Origin: Neocallimastix sp. 'constans'
Taxonomy: Eukaryota
DNA: 64,000 nt
Assembly: GCA_050613775.1 (NCBI GenBank)
Contig: JBODTK010000136.1
Span: forward strand, 124,001-188,000
Direction of reading: 5' to 3'
In this document: positions 35,601 to 47,573 of the stretch, one piece after another
How positions within the stretch are numbered: the stretch's first letter is position 1
Layout of the letters: each line of letters begins with the position of its first letter
The notes under the pieces: model-generated
The model's database searches: none
What the model saw: only the letters and a program-made list of their open reading frames with translations
Told to the model about the DNA's origin: nothing
Translations under genes and position numbers: made by a program

Positions 35601-35616
35601 TGAAGATTTCGTTACA

Positions 35617-36459
35617 ATACCATATAATAAAAGCATCAAAGGTATCCGCCTTTGATTTTAGGAATATAACCCATCCATAACGAGAATAATCATCTAAAAT
35701 GGAGAGAAAATATTTGTTACCATATATAGATGGTTCTGATGAACTCACAAGATCCATGTGAATTAATTCAAAGGTGCCTTTAGTTTTATTTTCAGACCTA
35801 GGATATTGAAAATTTTTAAGTTTTGCTCTTGAGCAAATAGGACACTTTTGTTTAATGGGTATATCCTTTAGTTTCTCTTTAATAAGGTCAATATTAAAAT
35901 GACCCATTCTTCTGTGCCATAATTCAAGATTATTATTTGATGCATTCTCTAAATTATAGCAAACAATAGATTTTTTATTAAAATTTAAATTTTTTAATGT
36001 TGTATATAATTTGTATGTTTTAGAATCATTTGAAAATATTGTACAAATTTTATTCTTTACTTTATTATACAATGTAACACAATTTTTATTATTGCATTTA
36101 TAAAAAATTATTTTATAATTTTTATTTATAAGTTGATCAATTGAGATGAGATTTCTTTTGAATTCTGGAATATATAAAACATTATTAAGTTTGATTTTTG
36201 TATTGTTAACGTATCCAATGTATTGTCCAATAGATTTCGCTATGACGTATTCCCCCGTAGCAAAGTAAATTAATCTATGTATCCTTTTGACGTTAGTAAG
36301 TATGTTTACATCATTTGTCATATGATACGATGCACCAGAATCCAGTGTCCAACATTGTACGCTATTGTTATTGAAATCTTCATCTATGTTATTTTGTATA
36401 TTGTCAACAGTATAGTATTGATAACTGTGTTGCAATATACCTTGCTTATCTAAAAATTT
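35617..36459 (-). CDS. pol: Copia Pol N-terminal part (protease, GAG-pre-integrase, start of integrase core), truncated
   Basis: WTLDSGASYHM, LWHRRMGH, CPIC, LIHMDL, DDYSRYGWV; homology stops at IIWY. Confidence 0.9.
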
Positions 36460-37532
36460 ATATGTTTGTTTTTGTTGAATTTTTGATCCCTTTGTTTACC
36501 TTTGCAATTATTCAATACTATAGCTAAGTTATTTTGATTCTCCTCATTATTATTGTAATCAGCTGTAAATGCCTCTGAATAAGAGTCATCATATCCCTTA
36601 TCTTCTGCATTATTAGCTTGATATCTTCTTCTTTTGTTGTATCTTTTGTTGTGATTAGGAGATTGATGTTCATTTTTATTTATATATTTGCCTTTACTTT
36701 TCCTTGTTATTTGTTTTTCAGGACAATATTTTGCGATATGTCCTCTTTTATTACATTTATAACAAATAACATTATTTGTTCTGTTGAAACTATTATATTT
36801 TTTAAAGTTATTATTTTTATTATAGCTGTATAGAGCCATACCTTGTGTTTTCTTGATTTCTTTATCTTTCAATTGTTTTAATCTTGGTACGGACTTTATC
36901 ATATGGGAGCAACACTTATCCCAGTCATCTTGATATTCCATCATATTTGATTTAGATTGAATATCATCAGGTAAAGCAGACCATAAATAATCAAATTTTT
37001 CATCTGAGGATGGTTCCGCATTCAATTCCCTTAACTTATTGAATTTATTTATCATATTTGAAAGAAATAAGTTGAAATCTTCATTTCTATCGTATTTCAT
37101 TTCATCTAATTCATTTTTTATTTCGGTCTTTAATGCATTATTACTTTTCTTAAAACTAATTTTAATATTATTCCAAATATCATAAGAAGACTTTTCCTCG
37201 AAGCCAACCTTCATAAGTAATTCATCAGATATATTCTCACTGATAAGCCATTTTGCTTTACAGTCTTCTTTAATCATGTCTTTTGTTATTTTCTTTTTGT
37301 AATATTTATCACTGGTTCCAATTACCTTAATCAGTCCTTCCTCGTACTCGGAATCAGTTTTATTAATCTTTGGTAGCATATCTTTCTCAATGCATTCCTC
37401 AAGACCATTTATGATAAATAATAGTTTCATCTTAATTGCCCAAACTTCATAGTAGTCACAATCAATTTCCAACTTCTTGAATGTGCCATTTGAGTTGTTT
37501 GTTATGAACTTATCAATTTTGAAGTTTGACAT
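36450..37532 (-). CDS. gag: Copia Gag with CCHC knuckle (likely start MSNFKID)
   Basis: YEVWAIKMK, ALP, CYKCNKRGHIAKYC; the ORF-track start at 37640 is a TTG. Confidence 0.85.
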   Translation of the reverse strand: MSNFKIDKFITNNSNGTFKKLEIDCDYYEVWAIKMKLLFIINGLEECIEKDMLPKINKTDSEYEEGLIKVIGTSDKYYKKKITKDMIKEDCKAKWLISENISDELLMKVGFEEKSSYDIWNNIKISFKKSNNALKTEIKNELDEMKYDRNEDFNLFLSNMINKFNKLRELNAEPSSDEKFDYLWSALPDDIQSKSNMMEYQDDWDKCCSHMIKSVPRLKQLKDKEIKKTQGMALYSYNKNNNFKKYNSFNRTNNVICYKCNKRGHIAKYCPEKQITRKSKGKYINKNEHQSPNHNKRYNKRRRYQANNAEDKGYDDSYSEAFTADYNNNEENQNNLAIVLNNCKGKQRDQKFNKNKHINF

Positions 37533-37641
37533 TTTAAATTGAAATTTCAAAAAATAATTAAAACTTGTAATTCTTAAAAAATAATTAAATATACTAATTT
37601 TGTTATTTTGAATATATTGTAAAATATTTTTAAAGCTCAAA

Positions 37642-37656
37642 ATGAGACTCTTAATC
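37642..37656 (-). promoter_or_regulatory. Copia PBS complementary to the tRNA-Lys(CUU) anticodon arm
   Basis: Plus-strand ATGAGACTCTTAATC abuts the LTR. Confidence 0.75.
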
Positions 37657-37994
37657 TATTAGAATTCACACTTCAAATTTCGTAATTTCAAATTTTATTT
37701 ATTATTTTATTAATAATTTTATTTATTTATTTATAATTATAGTTAACTACTTTTTAATAATTATTTTTAATATTCTTTTTTATATATATTTTTACTACAT
37801 AAATTTTAATTATGTCACAATTATATTTTATGTGTTATTACATAAATGTTTTATGTACGTCATACATGCGCCATATTACAATTTATATAATAGTTGATAT
37901 CTTAATAATTTATAATATTTATACATAAAATTTATATATGTTATTTTGTTTAATAACAAGAATAATATTCATATATTAAACTTTATTTCTAACA
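37657..37994 (-). repeat. Putative Copia 5' LTR (338 bp)
   Basis: Inverted termini TGTTAGAA...TTCTAATA on the minus strand; partner LTR not in the window. Confidence 0.65.
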
Positions 37995-38974
37995 TTTAAT
38001 GTTTATTTTAAATAGAATATATGCTGTTAATATATATTAATAAACTTTATTTATTTAATAAATATTATTAAATAAAGTTTATTCATAGTTTAAATAAAAA
38101 TAATAATAAAAATTATTATTTAAAAATATTATTTAAAAATATATATATATTTTATAAGATATAATATCATTTAGTAATTACACTACATTGATTTATATAA
38201 GATTTTATTCAATATATAAAAAAAAATAATATTGTAGTAGGTACATTTTTATCTTTGTAAACATAAACAATAAAATAATAATAATAATAATAATTATAAT
38301 AAATTAATATAAATAAATGATATTTATATATTATACTGAATATATCAAATATTAACAATTTTAAGTGATTTTTGATTATTTTTTTATACACATAATTATA
38401 TTCATAACTTTATCACTAGAATTTTAAAATTTAAAATTTATAAATACTTTCAATAATTATATGAATTTGATGTCATATAAAATATATATAATAAATGAAT
38501 AGAGTTTGTAAAATTTTAAAAGTTATGATTTTAAATATTTTTTTGTAATTTTTTCATAAACCAGGAATATAATCTAAATTTAAAAAGATCAATAACAGTA
38601 TCACTATCATTATGAAACGTTGTAACTTAAAAATCAAAAACTTTTGCTGAAATTTAAATATTATCATCATATTAATCTTCTTAATAATAATCATCTATAA
38701 CTGAATTTTAATATTCTATTTTAAGAAAGGATAAGTAGTTCTCCTTAATTATTTTATTTTTATTATTTTTACATTATTTCTTTTCTTGTTTTAACATATT
38801 TTTAAATTGCTTCTGACATTGTTTTCTTCTTTGAAGAAGATTATAAAATAAAAATGTTTTAGTATATTCTTTTCTAAAATTATCAAAAACAAGTTTACTT
38901 TTACAATATTTTCATTCATTTAATATTCTACTAAATTACAATCTTACTGACAATTATGTAATTGCCAAGGAGCT

Positions 38975-39230
38975 CGGGGAGTGGGGCATTTCGCCAGGTT
39001 GCATTTCGCCATTTTTGAAACCATATGGCATTTAAAAAAATGTGACATTTCGCCAAATTGCAATTCGCCAAGTCAAGTTGAAAATTATTAAATAAATAAA
39101 TAAATAAATAAAATTAAATATTATTACTATTGAATAAAAACAATTTTAAAGAAAATTATTTTGAATTAATATTTATTTATATTAATACTCCACTTTTCGA
39201 AATGCAACTTGGCGAAATGCAACTCTCCCG
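38975..39230. mobile_element. MITE-like non-autonomous DNA transposon
   Basis: ~33 bp imperfect TIRs built from GCATTTCGCCA repeats; no clear TSD. Confidence 0.6.
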
Positions 39231-40405
39231 CTAGTACGAAACTCTATAGGTTAGGTTATATTGACCTCACATCAAAGAGAAATTACGAACTGGAGATGCA
39301 CTCGGAGAAGTAGTACTAGTAAAATTCTCAGCAATAATATGCATGTCAGAACACCAATGCTGTAAGGTCGTCCAGTAGGGACAATTCCACCTTTATAAAA
39401 AGGAAGTGTAACTACCTCAATATTCCTACTGCTCCTGCAGATGGGTACACACCAAATATTAATAAAAAAATAAAAAAATAAAAATAAAAATAAAAAAAAA
39501 AATTTATTCATTTAAACTATTTTCATTATTATAGTTTTAATAATTACCTAATACAATTTTATTAAAATTATAATAATTTTAACTTTAATTACTATTATAT
39601 TTCATTTTTTATTTTTGAAATAATAATAATTATTTCATCAAAATATTTTATAGTATTTTCTATGCTTTTTTTATTTAACTTTATTTTTTTATTTTTTTTA
39701 TTATTAGTAATATCTTTTTTATATATATATATATATATAAATTGTAGTTTATTTATTCATTTTTATCATTATTAGTTAATAATTTTTATATATAATAATT
39801 ATTTGTATTAAAAAAAAAAAAAAAAAAAATTTATAAATTAAAAAAAATATATATATTAAGGAAAATACTATTAAATATTTTAATGAAACAATTGCTATTG
39901 TTTCAAAAATAAAAAATGAAATATAATAATAATTATGTGAAAATACATACATTTGATTATGTTTACATTCAAATAATTAAGTTATACAATAATTATGTAT
40001 TTGTATGTTAAAAGTATAAATAAATTTATTTTTTTTAAGAATAGAGACTTGTTTATTTAATAAGTTTTTTTTTTTTTTTTTTTTTTACAAAAAGTTAATA
40101 AATAAAGTATAGTATATTTATTTTAATAATATTAATAAAGCTTTATTAAACTCAATATTGTTTTATCATTTAATTTGAATAATAAAGTGATTTCATAATT
40201 TGATAGATAAAGCGTCACAAGTCTTTTAAAATTTAACACAAATCAGTCGAATATAACTAACGAGGAGGTCAGTGTATCATCCACTACTTCATCTTTAATT
40301 AAACAAAAATGAAATTTAAAATAAATTAAAATTGTTAAATGATAGAGATCTTCTTGATAAATTTACATATGAAGTTACCAAAAAGAATTTTGTAACATTA
40401 GAGCA

Positions 40406-40538
40406 TTGTATATTAATTAAACAATATAGCTTTGTATATTTAATTAACAACATAGCTTTGATATATTTAATTAACAACATAGCTTTGATATTTTTAATTA
40501 ACAACATAGCTTTGATATATTCAATTAACAATATAGCT
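40406..40538. repeat. Minisatellite, 5 x 26-27 bp
   Basis: Unit TTGATATATTTAATTAACAACATAGCT. Confidence 0.9.
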
Positions 40539-40564
40539 GGTATGTTTATATATTAGCAATATTG

Positions 40565-41215
40565 TAACTTGGGTGAATTTCATGAGGATAATTCTCAGAC
40601 AATACGGTATTGTAGATTGGATAACTACAAACCATACTCCAAAAATTAAATAGACAAAAGAACTAGAAGAAGAGGGATTCAATTATCTTTCGTGCCGATA
40701 TGAGTCACATAAGAGATATGATAAAGAAGTCACTGAAATGAACTTGGATTGATGAAAATTTAAGATTCAAAGTTAGATGTATTATAAGACCTAAAAAATT
40801 GTCCTATGTACAAAATATTTTTTTAACTGGATATGTTATGTATAAAATAAATCTAAGCAAATCGAGAGGAGATAAGATTGACAGAAGAAATAATCTTATA
40901 GACGAAATAAATAAATATTCTATAATAAAAGACACAACATATCTGAATTCATCAGAAATTGCGAATTCAATTTTAATGAATTAGAAATATTAGAAATTAA
41001 AACATTGATGAAGAGAAAATAGAAATTATATATATATATAGGAAATCTTACATGTTCCAAGGACTAAATATATTAAACTGGGAGGATTGCACAAAATATA
41101 CGGTCAAGATAATGGTAAAAGTCAAAGACGTGAGAAAAGAAGACAAAGTAAAGGAACTAATTTGTCAAGTGTGTTTAGTACAGAAGTCAACCATACCATT
41201 GAGCAATTATAAGAA
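40565..41215 (+). pseudogene. Degenerate Copia-type gag relic
   Basis: Broken frames give ILRQYGIVDWI, FNELEILE, DEEKIEIIY, NWEDCTKY, ICQVC in the same order as the Copia gag at 36450-37532. Confidence 0.5.
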
Positions 41216-42777
41216 AGCAAAATAAATAATAATCACATAGAAAATAAGAAAATAAATTTTAGTTAATAATATAATAATAATATAATACTATATTTTATTA
41301 AAAACTTAAAATTTAATTTATGGAGTATTAATATATATTATATATGAAATTTTTATTATAATGAATTTTTTATAATTTTTAAAATATTAAATCAATATTT
41401 GATTAATATAAATAATAAATACTTCATCAGAAATTTTGTTATGTTTATAAATATTTTTATGAATTGGAAAAAAATTATTTAATCAATGATCATGTATACT
41501 TGTATTATGTTATTAATTTAAATTATAATAATGATAGTAATAAAGATAATAATAATATTATTATTAATGAATATTATAATGAAAATATTATACATGCATT
41601 TTATACAATTAATATGAATTAAAATCAATATTTGAAAATTAATTATAAATATGTAAATAAATTTAAAAAGTGAAATAAAATATGAAAATAAATCAAATAA
41701 AACTATAATAAATTAAAATATAACAATACAGGTTTTTATTACATAATATATATAATATTAATATAATAATGTACAAATATTAATGTGTAAATATAAATAA
41801 TATTATCACTGAAAAAAAAAAAAAAGACGTTAATTGAAGTATTGATGTTTAATGGAAAATGAAATAAGTTTCATCAGAAAATCAATCCAATAAAAAATTC
41901 AAAATTTTTTATATTAATATAATAATTTACATATATATTTTTTATTTTAATTTTAATTTTTATTTTTTAGACTCGAAAACTTTATTTTTTAATATTTAAA
42001 TAAAAATTCATGGAAAAAAAAAAAAAAAATTACATTTTATATTACAGTTTAATAATATCAAGGAGGAATTTATAATTATAAAATATTTATATATTTATTT
42101 AATAAAAATTCTAATTTTAAAGAATAAAGAAAGGATAATAATATCAATGTCAATGATTTATTGATATACTAAGTTTTAGTGAATGAATAATACTTTTAAT
42201 ACTATTATTCATATATAATATTTTAAATAATATATTTTAAAATATAATTCAATTTAAAATAAAATTTTATTTTTATTTAGCATAAATTTTATTTTTATTA
42301 GATATAAATTTTATTTATTAATTTTATATAGGTATATTCAAGTATTTTATTATTATAAACTTCAAAAAATAAAATTATAAAGATCTAATTAATTATTATT
42401 AATTATTATAGTAAATAAGAAGTGCTAATATATGTATCATCATATAATAATAATTATATATATATTTAGAACAAGGATAAAACTTCTTATTTTATTAATT
42501 AATTTTTAATTATTGTATAAATTTTTTATTTTTTTTTTTTTTTTTAATTATTTTATAATATTGAAGGATTAAAATGATTAAGAATTATTAATATATATTT
42601 TTTTTATTATTATCAATATTTTTATGTTATTATTTAAATTGATATATATATATATTTTTTATTTATTTATATTAAATTCGAAATGTTTTAATTTTATGTT
42701 AGTATATGATAAAGATTTTTTTTTTTTTAAAAAAAAAGAGAAACAAATTAAATATAATAATAGAGAAAAAAATAAGC

Positions 42778-42815
<38 letters not shown>

Positions 42816-43977
42816 TAATAATAAATAATAATAATATTAAATATTATATAAAACCAAATTTAATATTAAACAAATTAAATTATATATATAAAATATAATA
42901 ATTTATGATATTATTATTTTATAATTGAAAATAATAATATTATAATTTAAATAAGTTTTCATATTTTATAAATTCAAATAGATAATATATTTATAAAATT
43001 TCATTATTTATTTATATGAAATAATTTTAATTATAAAACTGAATTACAATTATGCAAAAAATAAAGGATTAAAAAATAAAAAAGAAATTATATTCAGTTT
43101 CAGCGGTAATAATATTATAGTAGTAATAAAAATTATTAAATTCATTTCAATGTTTGATAATCTTCGATAGAATTATTGATTAAATAAAATAAGATTAAAA
43201 TAATTATATGTCTAACTAAAAAACTATAGAAATTAAATATAAGCAAGACTAGAAATAAAATAAGTAATATAAAAACTTTATATTTTCATATATTTGATAA
43301 ACTATTAAAATTAATAGTTCATTTATATAATTTATAATAATATTATAAATATTTTATAAAATATTAAAATTACTAGTTCAGTAATATAATTTATAATTGT
43401 ATTATATATATTAAGTATATTCATAAAAAATTGAAATATTATCAAAAATAAATTTATTGATACAATTCTTTTTATTTATTTATTTATTTATTTTTTTCTT
43501 AAAGAAAACAAAATAAAAAGAGACTTTATATCTTTTTTTATTATTGGGAAAATATGAAATAATTACAACAATAAATTTATAACTGACACTATATAAAAAT
43601 ACTAATAGATATTAATATTTATAATAGAATATATATAATAATTAATATATATTATTTGAATATTGACAGTGTGTACAGTGTAAAATACTTTATTTATATT
43701 ACTATATATTTAGAAAATCATATAATATTATTAAATTTATAGGAAAATAAAAATAAATTAAAAAACAGAAACAAAAACAAAAACAAAATATATAATAAAA
43801 AATATTATATGTAATATAATATAATAAAATATAAAATAATAAAAAATTTTATTGTATACTATAAAATAAAACGAAAAACAAAAAACAAAAAACAAAGATA
43901 TATTAATAGAAATAAAAAATAAAAAATAAAAAAGAAAAATAAAATAAAGTAAATAGATAAATAAATAGATAGATAGA

Positions 43978-44020
<43 letters not shown>

Positions 44021-44211
44021 TAATAAAAATAATAATAATAATAAAAATAATAAAAATAATAATAAAAAAAATAATAAAAATAATAATAAAAATAATAATA
44101 TAAAAATATTAATAAAAAATAATAATAAAAATAATAATAAAATAAATAATTAAATAGATTTTAGTATATATTTAAATAAAATAAAATTTATGTATATATT
44201 TTAGTTTGACA

Positions 44212-47200
44212 ATGAATAATATGAATAATAATTATAGGAATGAAATTGAAAATTCCTTTGCTGCTAATTTTTGGGTAAATTATTATATATATATATAGTT
44301 TATTAATAATATATATATATTTTAATAAAACTAATATGTTTTATTTAATATAAATATATATTTTATATATATATATTTATGTTTTTGGATTTGTAAACTT
44401 TTATAGGGTAAAGGTGATAAAGGTTTAGAAGTATTATTAAATCATATGAGAAAAACAAAGGAGGCTTGTGATAATTTAAATAAAGTATTAAAAGGACGGG
44501 CAGAGATTGAGGAAAACTATGGTAAACAACTAGTAGAATTATCAAAAAATTTAATAGATCAAGATGAAATCATATCAATGAGAGATTCAATGGAAACTCT
44601 TAGGTTGGAAATAGAGGCAACAGGTCAATCAAGGATTGATTTAGCCTTGGATGTCAAAGATCAAATAAATTCATTATTAAATGAATTTTCTTCAAATCAA
44701 GAGAAGATCATTAATAACTATAAAACTGTTATGGAGCGTCATTTAAATCTTAAAAATTCACATACCCAAGAAGTTTTGAAAGTAAATGAAAAATATCAAA
44801 AAAAATGTGAAGCTGCATTAAGTATTTCAAATAAATTGAATACTTGTTCGGAGGAGGAGGTTGGTTACTATAAAAATTTATTGAAGCAAACAATGATTGA
44901 GGCTAAGGAAATTGATAAAGAGTATATTATGGCTGTTAATCGTTTACATCAAATTTATCGAAAATGGCAACAAGAATGGACTAGAAAATGTGAAAGTTTC
45001 CAAAAATTTGAAGAAGAAAGAATTCGTTTTTTATTTGATCAAATGTGGAATTATGCTAATATGTTCTCTACAGTCTGTGTTGCAGATGATGAAGGTTGTG
45101 AAAAGTTACGTGTTCAATTAGAAAAATGCGACAGTAAAAAGGATATTATTTATTATATTAAAGAACATAAAACTGGCTCAGTAATTACTGAAGCACCTAA
45201 ATATATTAATTATTATTCAAATATTCAGTATTTAGAAGATGCTCTTGATTTAAATATTGTATCAGAAAAACCTCAATTTACAATTCCTCATTCAGTAAGA
45301 AGTGATTCAATAGGAAAAGTACCTCAACAGCAATATATGCAATCTCAACAACATCCACAACAGCATTCACAACAATATTCACAACTACATTCACAACAGC
45401 ATCCACAACAATTACAACAACATTCACAACAAAATTCGCAACAATTACAACAACATCTACAACAACAGCAATTACAATCAAAACAATTTCCACAATCAAA
45501 TCGCCAATCTAGTTTTCCTAATCAATATGAAAATGGAATCGGTAAAGTTCCTATGAACAACCAATTATCTATGAATCAAAATTATATAAATGGCCCAATA
45601 AGTACTAATCAAGCACAACAATTACAGGGTCAAAATCACCCAAATGGTCTTCCAGTAACAGTAAATCAATCTCAAGGCGGTGATTTTCAAAGAGCTTTGG
45701 AAGTAGGAGGGGAAAATAGTGAAGAAAAAATGAGGAAGGCCAGTGTTTCATCATTAAAAAAGAAGTTTGGAAAGAAACGTACATCACTTTATATTACTAA
45801 TAAAACACCAGGAAATTCTGATGATGAAACTGAAGGTGAAAAAAAAGGAAAAAAATTAAATACTATTGCTAATTCAAATATAACTAATAACATTAATAAT
45901 GTTGATAATAGTAATAATAATAATTTAGAAAATGAAAATGAATCTAAAATTACAAAAGAAGAAGTTAATGAAGATTCTAATAGTATAGTGAGTGTAGTTC
46001 CTCAAATACCAGCTGTGGAAGAGGAAGAAAAAAGAATGAGTAATATTATGAATAATTCATTATTATTAGAAGATATAAATTCAGAATCATATATAAAAAC
46101 TCCTATACCAAATGATGGACAACAACCATCTCATGCATTGCCACCAGCTCCGGTGATGATGGATACTTCAATTATTATACCACCTTCTGCAATATTGAAT
46201 AATGAATTAAATGATGATCAAAATAAAAATTTATTTGATAAAAATATGAAATCTTTGGATTCCAATAAAGAAGAAGTTGGTTCAAATAAAAATTTATTAG
46301 ATGATGATAAAGAAAATAATAATATAGAGAATCCTCAAGGAGTTGAAATTAGTAGTAATGCTGAAAATATTATGGTTCTAGAAAATAATTTGAATGAGTG
46401 TAGTAATGAAAATAAAAAAATTAATATCGAAGGACAATCTAAACCAGAAATAATGAATGATCAAATAATTGATAATGTTTTATTAACAACCAAAGTTAAT
46501 AATACTGAAGAAATTAGAAAAAATGAAATTAAAGAAGGTATTAATAAAGAACAATTATTAATAGGTGAAATTAAAAATGTTGAAGAAAGTATTAATGAAG
46601 AGCAATCATTAACAGGTGAAATTAAAAATGTTAAAGAAAGTATAAATGAAGAACTACCATTAATGGCTGAAGTTGAAAATGTTAAAGAAAGTATAAATGA
46701 AGAACTACCATTAATGGCTGAAGTTGAAAATGTTAAAGAAGGTATAAATGAGAAAAAACCATTAATGACTAAAATTAAAAATGTTGAAGAAGGTATGAAT
46801 GAGGAACAATCATTAGTGGCTGATATTAAAAATACTGAAGATATGGAACAAAAATATAATAAAGATAATGGTTCATTAAATTCGAAGGTTCAAAATATTA
46901 ATGAAAACATAAAATCAACCATTTTTAATGAATTAGATATTAAGTCAATTCCAACCTTTAATGAATTAGGTTTTAGAGATAGTTTTGGTAATTATTCGAC
47001 AACAAGCACAGATGATTTTGAATCAATAAATATAATAGAAGAAAGTTCCATAGAAATTCCAGTTAATTCTTCATATAATCATTATAATTATAACCGAGAT
47101 AGTTATAATTCTCAAAATTATGAAAATAATTTTGTTGTTATTGATGATAATGATGCACTATCTGCCAACACTCCAGTTTCATCCCATATTAATATGAGTA

Positions 47201-47477
47201 ATTTAATAGATCCAGAAAACATTGAATTTGATGGTAATATTCCAAAATTGGATGCTAATGATAATGATGAAACATATGAAGTAATGGAAAATTATCCAAT
47301 TCCACATTCTAAATCACCACAACTTCAATTATCATTTAATGATAATGATAATACTAATACTAATAATACTAATACTAATAATACTAATAATACTAATACT
47401 AATAATAATAATAATAATAACACTAATAATACTAATACTACTACTAATAATAATAATAATACTAATACTAATAATAC

Positions 47478-47573
<96 letters not shown>

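Larger units (their letters stand above)
35617..37994 (-). mobile_element. Ty1/Copia element, 5' half, interrupted in integrase
   Basis: LTR 37657-37994, PBS, gag, then protease and integrase in Copia order. Confidence 0.9.

Noticed and set aside
35554..35616. C-terminus of the Copia ORF (CNEIFMLW...)
   Set aside because: Read-through into the inserted LTR sequence
39231..39460. GC-richer segment before an A-rich tract, possibly a LINE 3' remnant
   Set aside because: No recognisable motif or TSD
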